In this document: one piece after another, positions 19,925 to 28,548 of the stretch
Position numbering within the stretch: position 1 is the first letter of the stretch
How the letters are laid out: each line of letters begins with the position of its first letter
Origin: an uncultured Clostridia bacterium
GTDB lineage: Bacteria > Bacillota > Clostridia > TANB77 > CAG-508
Assembly (NCBI GenBank): GCA_947627755.1
Contig: CANQXD010000006.1
Location: forward strand, 1 to 45,735
Direction: 5' to 3'
Length of the DNA: 45,735 nucleotides
Made by a program: the position numbers and the translations under genes
Notes under the pieces: generated by a model
Told to the model about the DNA's origin: nothing
Databases searched by the model: none
Seen by the model: the letters and a program-made list of their open reading frames with translations, nothing else

Positions 19925-20317
19925 GTGCAGTATATAGGAAAAATAAATAGGAAACAATTAGGAAAATATAGAAAAAGACTTGTAACAGATGAAGTAATCT
20001 TAACAAATGAGAGAATAAAGCATATAAAAGAACATCATCCAGGAGATTATGAAAAATATGCTATCTATATTCCTAAAATCATAGGTAATCCAGATTATAT
20101 CATCAATGACAATAAAAATTTAGATACATTGTTATATATAAAAAGAATAGAAGAAGATTTTAAAAACGTGCAAATAGTAGTAAAATTAAACACAAATAAA
20201 AATGAAAAGGAAAAAAAGAATACAATATTAACATTATGGAAGATAAAAGACAGAACATATAAACAATTATTGAGAAACAAAGAAATAATATGGAAAAGAC
20301 TAGACAATTATGAATAA
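19925..20317 (+). CDS. PBECR2-like (barnase/EndoU/colicin/RelE-fold) putative nuclease
   Basis: VILTNERIKHIKEHHP...IIGNPDYI...VVKL...NTILTLWKI pattern recognised from memory; GTG 19925 behind GAGGT (ORF track starts at 19889). Confidence 0.65.
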   Translation: MQYIGKINRKQLGKYRKRLVTDEVILTNERIKHIKEHHPGDYEKYAIYIPKIIGNPDYIINDNKNLDTLLYIKRIEEDFKNVQIVVKLNTNKNEKEKKNTILTLWKIKDRTYKQLLRNKEIIWKRLDNYE

Positions 20318-20329
20318 AAATAGTATAAT
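20301..20329 (+). promoter_or_regulatory. Sigma-A promoter overlapping the nuclease stop codon and facing the ncRNA
   Basis: TAGACA (20301-20306), 17 bp, TATAAT (20324-20329). Confidence 0.7.
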
Positions 20330-20346
20330 GAAAGTACAATAAAGAG

Positions 20347-20448
20347 TAGTTATTTGAGGTGGTAAATTTCGTGCCGACCACACGCCGATGGCAAGACAGG
20401 GGAAAACCCGAGTAGATGTAGGAGAAGGGCACGCCTACCAAATAACTA
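20347..20448 (+). ncRNA. Putative structured ncRNA with a loop-loop pseudoknot
   Basis: GC-rich island; closing stem TAGTTATTTG/CAAATAACTA, stems GTGGT/ACCAC and GTAGG/CCTAC, loops CGTGCC and GGCACG are complementary; has its own promoter and terminator. Confidence 0.65.
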
Positions 20449-20483
20449 AAAAAAGTAGGTGGTTGCAGCCACCTACTTTTTTT
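20448..20483. terminator. Intrinsic terminator, copy 1
   Basis: AAAAAAAGTAGGTGGTTGCAGCCACCTACTTTTTTT. Confidence 0.8.
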
Positions 20484-20606
20484 GTTTTCTTTTTTTGAAA
20501 ACTATACACAAAACAAAACACTATAAGTTTTTTATACTTATATTATATACAATTATAAAAAAAATGCAATAGGTTTTATAATTTTTCACCATAAAAATGA
20601 AAACTA

Positions 20607-20635
20607 TTGCAAATAACTTAAAAAGATGTTAGAAT
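20607..20635 (+). promoter_or_regulatory. Sigma-A promoter for the Cys-motif ORF
   Basis: TTGCAA, 17 bp, TAGAAT with extended TG. Confidence 0.5.
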
Positions 20636-20730
20636 AAAATATATTATTTTTTATTCCTTATTCACAGTCCATCACACAATAAACTGTAACAGACAACGAA
20701 AAAAGCTAAATAGCAAAAGGAGGAAAAAGT

Positions 20731-21120
20731 ATGGAAAGAGTAGTAATTACTACTAAAACCTGTCCGTGTTGTAAGTACCAATATCAGACAGTGGAACATT
20801 ACAAAGTGGTGCAAAAACAGGTAACCAAGAGGGTGCCACGAATAAAAAATGGTAAGCCTGTAGAAATTACGCCATGGGAGAAGATGGAAATAAATCAGTA
20901 TCCTTATGGAGAATTAGCAAGAAAGAAGACAAAAGTGGTAAAAGTTCTAGAACCACAAGAAGAACTTTCAAAAAGTGGCATACCCAGAGGGCGAAAAGAT
21001 TTTATACCCATTAAAGTAGTAGTTGGACGTGATATCGAAGTAATAGGAATGGAATGTCCTAATTGTGGTATTTATATGAATGCTGGAAAGTGTACGACAA
21101 AAGAAGAAAAACAATTATAA
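20731..21120 (+). CDS. Hypothetical protein with split zinc-ribbon motifs
   Basis: CPCC near the N-terminus and CPNC near the C-terminus; AGGAGG RBS. Confidence 0.7.
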   Translation: MERVVITTKTCPCCKYQYQTVEHYKVVQKQVTKRVPRIKNGKPVEITPWEKMEINQYPYGELARKKTKVVKVLEPQEELSKSGIPRGRKDFIPIKVVVGRDIEVIGMECPNCGIYMNAGKCTTKEEKQL

Positions 21121-21131
21121 TAAAAATTGGT

Positions 21132-21166
21132 AAAAAAGTAGGTGGTTTTAGCCACCTACTTTTTTT
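21132..21166. terminator. Bidirectional terminator, copy 2
   Basis: AAAAAAGTAGGTGGTTTTAGCCACCTACTTTTTTT; differs from 20448-20483 only in the loop. Confidence 0.8.
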
Positions 21167-22900
21167 CTATAACCTTTTCATTTCCTCAAATCTTTTAATT
21201 TTCTGTGTAGTTGTTTTAATGAAAGGCTCTGTTGTTATTTTAATATCAAATATATTTTTATATTTTGGTATTTGAGTATTTACCTTTTTAACTTCTTCTT
21301 TCAAAAAGCTATAAATTTCTTCCTCTGTTTTTCCTTGGAAAATCTCATTTTGCGCGTCATACACTAATTTAGCACAAATTCTATCTTGGTTATTAGGGGC
21401 AACATAAACAAAACTTTCCACAACATAAGGAGATTCATTTAGTAAAGTTTCAATTTCTTGTGGGAAAATTTTCTTTCCACTTGTTAAAACAATCATATCT
21501 TTAATTCTACCAGTAACGAAAAGGTAACCATCTTTATCAATATAACCTAAGTCACCAGTATGGAAATAGCCATCAATCATGACTTCTTTAGTTTTTTCTT
21601 CATCTTCGTAGTAGCCAAGCATAACATTTGGACCTTTTACAGTAATCTCTCCAATTCCGTTTTCATCTGGATTAGCAATTTTAACTTCTTGGCAGAATTG
21701 TGGACGTCCTGCACTACCAGGTTTCTGATATTTATCATTTTCTGCAGAAATAACAGGAGAGGTCTCTGTTAAACCATAACCTTGAATCATAACGACACCA
21801 ATACTATTGAAGAATTTAATAACTTTTATATCAGCAGAAGCAGAACCATAAATAATGGTTCTTAGTCTTCCACCTAAGTTATCTAAAATGCTTTTAAATA
21901 GCTTTCTTCTAATATCAATATGGAAGAATAGTAAGAAGTTAGAAAGTGCCATCATCATTTTTACAGGAATTTCTAATTTCTTTTGTTTAATTGTTTTCCA
22001 AATTTGTCGATACATAATTTCCAAAACAGCAGGAACACATACCATACCACTAATTTTATATTCCACTAAGTTTTTTGCAATATGTTTTAAACCATCACAA
22101 TAGCAAATTTCAAAACCAACAAAGAAGCAGAATAAGTAAGTGGCTGTGCACTCTAACGTGTGATGCAAAGGTAGAAATGATAAAATATTATCATCATCTC
22201 TTGCCTTAATTAAAGTAGTCATACCAGATACATTAGAGCAAATATTTCTTTGGGAAAGCATAACAGCTTTTGACATACCAGTAGTTCCAGAAGTAAAAAT
22301 TAAGACAGATAACTTGTCTGGATCAATTTTAATATTATCATAAGCAGTATTACCATTAGCAAGAAGCATTTTACCTTCTTCAATTAGTTGCCAAAAAGAA
22401 AGAATTCCGTTTTCTTCATCATGGCTATTTGCATTCATATTGATATAATATTTTAAATTGGTTATATTCTTTTCTTTAATACTCTTAAAAGTTTCTAAAA
22501 ACTTTCCATCAAACACAACAGCTTCTGCCTTACTTCTGATTAAAGAAGTTTCAATTTCATTTTGTGGTAAAAGATGGTCAAGTGGAACAGAAACCATATT
22601 TCCATTGTTAATTGCCATATAAGATACTGGCCATGGGTATTGGTTATGGCTAATAATAGCTACTTTTTTACCCTCTAGCCCCATATCTAAAAGTTTGGTA
22701 GAAAGTGCTTTTACATGCTCAAAATGTTCCTTAAAAGTAACATGTACATATTCTGGAACCTTTGCGGTAGAATCTTTTTTATAAGTAAATGCAACTTTAT
22801 TGGCAAATTTAGCAGTTGCCGTATCAATTAACTCACGAAAAGTATCTACATGCATTTCAGGATAAATCATATTTTTTTGTGGCTTAAAAGTATCGCTCAT
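21167..22900 (-). CDS. Long-chain fatty acyl-CoA synthetase (AMP-binding), paralog 2
   Basis: FTSGTTGMSK, LPLHH, QGYGLTETSP, TGDLG; ATG 22900 behind AGGAG. Confidence 0.92.
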   Translation of the reverse strand: MSDTFKPQKNMIYPEMHVDTFRELIDTATAKFANKVAFTYKKDSTAKVPEYVHVTFKEHFEHVKALSTKLLDMGLEGKKVAIISHNQYPWPVSYMAINNGNMVSVPLDHLLPQNEIETSLIRSKAEAVVFDGKFLETFKSIKEKNITNLKYYINMNANSHDEENGILSFWQLIEEGKMLLANGNTAYDNIKIDPDKLSVLIFTSGTTGMSKAVMLSQRNICSNVSGMTTLIKARDDDNILSFLPLHHTLECTATYLFCFFVGFEICYCDGLKHIAKNLVEYKISGMVCVPAVLEIMYRQIWKTIKQKKLEIPVKMMMALSNFLLFFHIDIRRKLFKSILDNLGGRLRTIIYGSASADIKVIKFFNSIGVVMIQGYGLTETSPVISAENDKYQKPGSAGRPQFCQEVKIANPDENGIGEITVKGPNVMLGYYEDEEKTKEVMIDGYFHTGDLGYIDKDGYLFVTGRIKDMIVLTSGKKIFPQEIETLLNESPYVVESFVYVAPNNQDRICAKLVYDAQNEIFQGKTEEEIYSFLKEEVKKVNTQIPKYKNIFDIKITTEPFIKTTTQKIKRFEEMKRL

Positions 22901-23114
22901 GTTAAAACTCCTATCTTTGTTGAAATTTTTCTTCAACTTATAAAAATCTAATTTCGCTCCTTCATTATATTCTAAAATGAAAAAAATTACAAGGAAATTG
23001 ACTATTTCGTTTAATATTTTTTGCTCGTAAAATAATACAATATTTGACAAAAATTATTTACAATAAATTAAAAAGATAATATAATAAATAAAATATTAGA
23101 AAGAAGGTAATTAT

Positions 23115-23630
23115 ATGAAACAAATTATTGTCATAAATGGAAGTGGCGGAGTAGGAAAGGATACATTTGTAGAATTTTGTCAGAAATATTGCAAAATTAA
23201 AAATATTTCTTCAGTAGATAAAGTAAAAGAAGCAGCAAGAGTTCTAACAGGTTGGGATGGCTCTAAAGATGAAAAATCTAGAAAATTGTTAGTTGATTTA
23301 AAACAATTAGGAATACAATATAATGATGCACCTTTTAAGTACATAGTAGAAAGTGCAGAAGAATTTAAAAACACAGAAGATGAGATAATGTTTGTTCATA
23401 TTAGAGAAATTGAAGAAATAGAAAAAGTAAAAAAAGCTACTAATGCAAAAACATTATTAGTTACTAATAAAAATGTCCCTATTATTACATCTAATGAGTC
23501 AGATAAAAATGTTATGAATTATCAATATGATTTTTATATAAAAAATGATGGAACACTAGAAGATTTAGATATGGTTGCGAAAAAATTTATTAGCAGTTTT
23601 AGAGAAAAAGAACAAGATACAGAAAGATAA
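23115..23630 (+). CDS. P-loop NTPase, nucleoside-monophosphate-kinase-like
   Basis: INGSGGVGKDT Walker A, FVHIRE, YDFYIKNDGTLEDL. Confidence 0.65.
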   Translation: MKQIIVINGSGGVGKDTFVEFCQKYCKIKNISSVDKVKEAARVLTGWDGSKDEKSRKLLVDLKQLGIQYNDAPFKYIVESAEEFKNTEDEIMFVHIREIEEIEKVKKATNAKTLLVTNKNVPIITSNESDKNVMNYQYDFYIKNDGTLEDLDMVAKKFISSFREKEQDTER

Positions 23631-23710
23631 GGAAAAAATAATTTTAAGATAAATAAGTTATCATATCTATTTGTACCCCTTAAAAAACGCAGAAAGGATA
23701 GAAATAAAAA

Positions 23711-25009
23711 ATGAAAGTAGGGTTTGTTCATTTAGGATGTAGCAAAAATTTAGTAGATACAGAAATGACCATAGGATTGTTTAAAGAAAATGGCTACCAA
23801 ATTGTAAACAATGCAAAAGAAGCCGATATTATTGTAATCAACACTTGTGGCTTTATTACCCCTGCCAAAGAAGAAGCCATAAACACCATTTTAGAAATGG
23901 CAGAAGAAAAAAAGAGAAGATGCCAGTATTTAATCGTTATGGGATGTTTAGTGCAGCGCTATAAAGAAGACTTGCAAAAAGCTATTCCAGAAGTAGATTT
24001 ATGGATTAAATACGACTCTTACAATACCATCTGGGAGCAAATAGAAGAAGTAATTAAACCTGAAAAAACAAAAGCAAAAACCTTAGATTTTTTAAATAGG
24101 ACCATTACAACAGGAGAAAATTTTGTTTACTTAAGAATTGCAGAGGGTTGTAGCAATTTCTGTACATATTGTGCTATTCCTAAAATTAGAGGAAAATATA
24201 TTAGTAGAAAAATAGAAGATATTTTAGAAGAAGCAAAGCAACTTGCAAAAGAAGGATATAAAGAAATCATTGTTATTGCACAAGATACCACAAAATATGG
24301 AATAGATTTATATGGAAAACCACGCTTAGCAGAACTATTACAAAAACTATGTAAAATACAAGGTATAAAATGGATTCGTTTCTTATATGCTTACCCAGAA
24401 ACCATTACCGATGAACTAATAGAAGTAGTAAAAAAAGAAGAAAAAATTTGCTCATATTTTGATATTCCGATTCAACATATTGCAAATTCAGTATTAAAAA
24501 GAATGAATCGAAAGAGTGACAAGCAAAGTATAGAAAAGTTAATTACAAAATTAAGAAAAGAAATTCCTAATGTTGTAATTCGAACAACAGTAATGGTAGG
24601 TTTCCCAGGAGAAACCAAAGAAGACTTTGAAGAATTATATGAATTTGTAAAGAAAACGAAATTTGATAGATTAGGAGCCTTTTCTTATTCTAAAGAAGAA
24701 AATACACCAGCAGAAAAATTGCCAAATCAAATTCATTGGAACACAAAGAGAAGTAGATACAATAAAATTATGGGCTTGCAACAAGAAATAGCAGAAGAAA
24801 AACAAAAAGAATTAATTGGAACAAAATTGGAAGTATTAGTAGAAACCAAAACTTTTGATAACCAATATTATGTAGGAAGAAGTTATCGAGAAGTACCAGA
24901 CATTGACGGACTAATTTATATTCCTATGACCGAAAAAGACTTATTAGGAAAATTTGTAACGTGCACGATTACTGGTGTACAAGGCTATGATTTAATAGCA
25001 AGTTTATAA
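23711..25009 (+). CDS. rimO: Ribosomal protein S12 methylthiotransferase
   Basis: LGCSKNLVD, NTCGFI, CSNFCTYC radical SAM motif, VPDIDG TRAM. Confidence 0.95.
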   Translation: MKVGFVHLGCSKNLVDTEMTIGLFKENGYQIVNNAKEADIIVINTCGFITPAKEEAINTILEMAEEKKRRCQYLIVMGCLVQRYKEDLQKAIPEVDLWIKYDSYNTIWEQIEEVIKPEKTKAKTLDFLNRTITTGENFVYLRIAEGCSNFCTYCAIPKIRGKYISRKIEDILEEAKQLAKEGYKEIIVIAQDTTKYGIDLYGKPRLAELLQKLCKIQGIKWIRFLYAYPETITDELIEVVKKEEKICSYFDIPIQHIANSVLKRMNRKSDKQSIEKLITKLRKEIPNVVIRTTVMVGFPGETKEDFEELYEFVKKTKFDRLGAFSYSKEENTPAEKLPNQIHWNTKRSRYNKIMGLQQEIAEEKQKELIGTKLEVLVETKTFDNQYYVGRSYREVPDIDGLIYIPMTEKDLLGKFVTCTITGVQGYDLIASL

Positions 25010-25031
25010 AAAAGAATGAAAAAATATAAGA

Positions 25032-25064
25032 ATAGCCCTAAATAAAATAGTTATTTAGGGCTAT
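25032..25064. terminator. Hairpin between convergent genes
   Basis: ATAGCCCTAAATAA / TTATTTAGGGCTAT. Confidence 0.6.
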
Positions 25065-25084
25065 AAAATGTCTTAAAGATTGCA

Positions 25085-25294
25085 TTAAAAATCTAAAAGC
25101 TTAAAATCTTTTACGACTTCATCAATAGAAGGGTCATGTTGATCTGTAAACTTACCAAAGATAACATTATTATCACAAAAAGATTTTGGAACACTTTCTT
25201 TCTGCTTATTTTTCATAATGCCTAAAAATGTTCCGGTAAGTCCGCCTCCTAAGATGCTAACACATAGTAAGATAACAGATAAAGTACTACTCAT
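25085..25294 (-). CDS. Small membrane-anchored hypothetical protein (69 aa)
   Basis: AGGAG RBS and a hydrophobic Gly-rich N-terminus. Confidence 0.5.
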   Translation of the reverse strand: MSSTLSVILLCVSILGGGLTGTFLGIMKNKQKESVPKSFCDNNVIFGKFTDQHDPSIDEVVKDFKLLDF

Positions 25295-25391
25295 TTGAAG
25301 TTCTCCTTTCAGACATCTTTTATGAAAAGTTTTTAGTTATATGAAATTATATCATAAAATCATGAAAAATAAAAGACCTATTATTTTTAAT

Positions 25392-25433
25392 AAAAAGGAA
25401 AGAAATGGATGCGTCCCAAATCTTTCCTTTTTT
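25392..25433 (-). terminator. lemA terminator with a GGGACGC motif (minus strand) in the loop
   Basis: AAAAAGGAAAGA / TCTTTCCTTTTT arms. Confidence 0.55.
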
Positions 25434-25994
25434 TTATTTATTAAAATCAACTTTTACATTTTTTCTTGCTTCTTCACTATCTACAGTAAATAAAGGCTCT
25501 GGTTTAAAGTTAAACATAGAAGCAACAATATTATCTGGAAATACTTCTACTTTCGTATTATACATCATAGCTGTATCATTATAAAATTGTCTTGCAAAAG
25601 AAATTTTATTTTCAGTTTCTGTCAAACTATTTTGTAGTTCACTAAAATTTTGATTTGCTTTTAAATCAGGGTAGTTTTCAGAAACTGCCATAATAGTTTT
25701 TAAAGCGCTAGACAAAGCATTGTCTAATTCAGCTTTTTCTTTTACAGAACTTGCATTAGTCCAAGAAGAACGAAGTTCAGTTACTTTTTCTAATACTTCC
25801 TTCTCATGAGTCATATAACCTTTTACAGTTTCTACTAAATTTGGAATTAAATCGAATCTTCTTTGTAATTGAACTTCAATTTGACTCCAAGCATTTCTTA
25901 CTTTTTGTCTTGCTTTTACCAAACCATTATAAACACCAATGATAAATAGGGCAATGACAACAACAATAGCTAAAATGATAAAAAATATAGTCAT
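25434..25994 (-). CDS. lemA: LemA family protein
   Basis: YNGLV, AWSQIEVQLQRRFDLIPNLVETVKGY, ENYPDLKAN; ATG 25994 behind GGAGG. Confidence 0.95.
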   Translation of the reverse strand: MTIFFIILAIVVVIALFIIGVYNGLVKARQKVRNAWSQIEVQLQRRFDLIPNLVETVKGYMTHEKEVLEKVTELRSSWTNASSVKEKAELDNALSSALKTIMAVSENYPDLKANQNFSELQNSLTETENKISFARQFYNDTAMMYNTKVEVFPDNIVASMFNFKPEPLFTVDSEEARKNVKVDFNK

Positions 25995-26060
25995 AATAAA
26001 ATCCTCCTTTTTAATTAGTACTATCATAACATAGATAAAATAAAATAACAAGTCAAAATT

Positions 26061-27948
26061 TTATCTTCCGCCCATTCCGGCCGCCTCCGCCACCGAAGCC
26101 GCCACCGGAAGAAAAGCCTCCGCCAGAGCCACTACCAGAAGAATAATTAACAGAACTATAAGTACTGGTAATGGAATTGTTAATAGTGTGAATAAAACTA
26201 TGAGAAAAATTGCCATAACTCATCCAATATAAATAAGTATATCCATGTGAGGTCATATAATCTACATCACTAAATTGTGGATAAATAACCTTTAATTGTT
26301 TTAATACTGTATCCGCAATGCCAAATGCAGTTGCAAATACTAAATATTTTTCCCATAATACTAATTCAGGAACTTCTTTTTCCTTCATCATAGAAAAATC
26401 TTGCATATAATTTTTAAGTCCTATCCATGCTTCTTTTTCATCGACTCCTTTTTGAGTTAGTGTATTGTATCTTCCAGAAATTTTAAAACAATATATAGTG
26501 CAAAGAATAGCAGGAATCGCATTCACAATCATAAAAGGAATACTTACTATTGAAAGAAATAAATAGCCAATTCCTTTTGATAGCCAATTGTTATATTGTT
26601 TATATAGATTTTTATCATAATTTCCTTGCAATTCTGCTTCATTTTTAGCATAAGTTTCCATACTATTATATTTAGATAAGAACGAAGAAGAATGGTTTTT
26701 ACAATAGGCTTCAAAGTCCTTCATAGTAAATTCTTTGCTAGAACTTACTTTTCCTAATATTTCATAGATTTCTAATTCAGCCTTAGGTAATAATGAAGTG
26801 TCCATATTTGTATTTAAAGTAATTTTAATTTCGTTTTTCTTTTCCCCTAAAACTTCAAAGCTTAAATATTTTTTCAAACATAAATCTAGCATAGTAGCAG
26901 AAAACACATTGGATGCATGTAAAGAAAAACTAGAAGTTTTGAAATAATATAAAAAAGCTGCTTGTGCAGGTGTTGAATTTTCATTTGGAATATAACGAAA
27001 ATATTTTGAAGGCATGGTAGGCTTAAAGTTTGGAGCATTCTGTAATTCCATTTTATATTTTTTTATTTTTTTAATAAGAACAATAGCAAGAATAATTCCT
27101 ATAACATTGGTAATAGTAAAGAAGCATATTGTGACAATCTTCATTATTTTTTGTCTTGTAGCAATTGCTTCTCTTTTTCTATTAGCGTTGTTTGCCCAAG
27201 TTTGTTCTTGAATTAAAATTTGGCTTAATTTATCTTGATAGGAAAGATTATAGTTATTAGCAAATATATAGGTTGGAGTTACAATTCTTACTTCTAACAT
27301 AGTATGACTAGCTAAATTTTCTACTTCAAAAGAAGCAGTATTATTAGAAACTTTGTTAATAATTCCATTTAAAGGTCCGTGTGCCCAAACGCGAAAATCA
27401 TTAAGATTTGATACATTAGTAGGTAAGGTAATGGTTCCCGTTACTCTTCTAGCAGGAATCGCAGAGTCTGTACCAATAAATTGCCAGTAAAACTCACTAC
27501 AATCAGAATAATTTTTAATAGCATCAACAATAGTATAACTCATTTCAAATGTTCTTCTAGCATAACTATTATCTTCATGAACACCCCATGCAATTTCAAA
27601 ATCTCTATTTGAATTTATTAAAGCATAGAAGCAATCTTTATCGACATGATATTTTTCTTGGTAAATTCGAGAAAAAGATTTTCGTATGCCATTAGTTGTT
27701 TCTACTAAAGAAACATTAGTAATACCAGAATATTTACTAGAATCAATTTCAAAGGTTTTAAATAAAGTGTTTGTATCTTCAATAGAAATATCCCAAGTTT
27801 CTGTTACATTGGCACTACCATCCGCATTTAATGTAACATCATAAGATAAATTTTTTAGTTCTAACTCTCCTGCATATACATGTGTGTGCCATATAATAAA
27901 TAAAGAACTAAAAAATAAGATAGAAAAAATATATTTTTTAAGTTTCAT
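26061..27948 (-). CDS. DUF2207 membrane protein; the C-terminus probably uses a +1 shift at CGGA 26079
   Basis: YWQFIG, WAHGPLNG, LWEKYLVFATAFGIA, Gly-rich tail; adjacent to lemA. Shifted end GGGGG-GMGGR* (stop 26061-26063); unshifted end at 26053. Confidence 0.85.
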
Positions 27949-28123
27949 ACGGACCTCCTATTCATAGTCTTATTATATTAGAAAATATAGCATAACACAA
28001 GAAAAAGTTTTGAATTTTATAAACTACGAACCAAACGCACAAACAAGCCATATAATGTAGTAAGATGTAAAATTATATCATTTTACAGAAGCAATGCAAA
28101 AGGAGGCTTGAAGCAAACATACA

Positions 28124-28358
28124 ATGGAAGAAAATACATTAAATAAAGTGAAGTTAAATCAAGAAGTCAAAATAAAAAAAATAGATGCTTCTCGGAAATA
28201 TAAAAAGAAGAATACTAGATTTAGGCATGATAGAAGGAACAAAAATAAAACCAGTATTAAGAAGTCCACTTGGAGACCCAACTGCCTATGAAGTAAGAGG
28301 AAGTTTAATTTCGTTAAGGGAAGAAGAAGCAAAGAAAATATTTGTGATAGAAAAATAG
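28124..28358 (+). CDS. feoA: Ferrous iron transport protein A; needs a +1 shift at CGGA 28193 (missing from the ORF track)
   Basis: MEENTLNKVKLNQEVKIKKIDAS-G-NIKRRILDLGMIEGTKIKPVLRSPLGDPTAYEVRGSLISLREEEAKKIFV. Confidence 0.88.
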
Positions 28359-28395
28359 TCAATGAATATTAAAGCAAATCTGAAAAATGTAAAAT

Positions 28396-28444
28396 AAAAA
28401 AAGCATGCCTATTACAATAATTTTGTAATAGGCGTGCTTTTTTT
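28396..28444 (+). terminator. Intrinsic terminator between feoA and feoB
   Basis: GCATGCCTATTACAA / TTGTAATAGGCGTGC plus T7. Confidence 0.7.
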
Positions 28445-28548
28445 GTGTTTCTTGCATACAAATAAAGTAGAAGCAATAAGGAGAGAAATAGTTTGAAAAA
28501 ACAATTTTAAATACCTTAAAACTAAGAAAGAAAGGACTGAAACTTATT

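Noticed and set aside
20160-20441. 93-aa minus-strand ORF over the putative ncRNA
   Set aside because: It overlaps the nuclease gene antisense and has no RBS; the plus-strand promoter, structure and terminator explain the region better.
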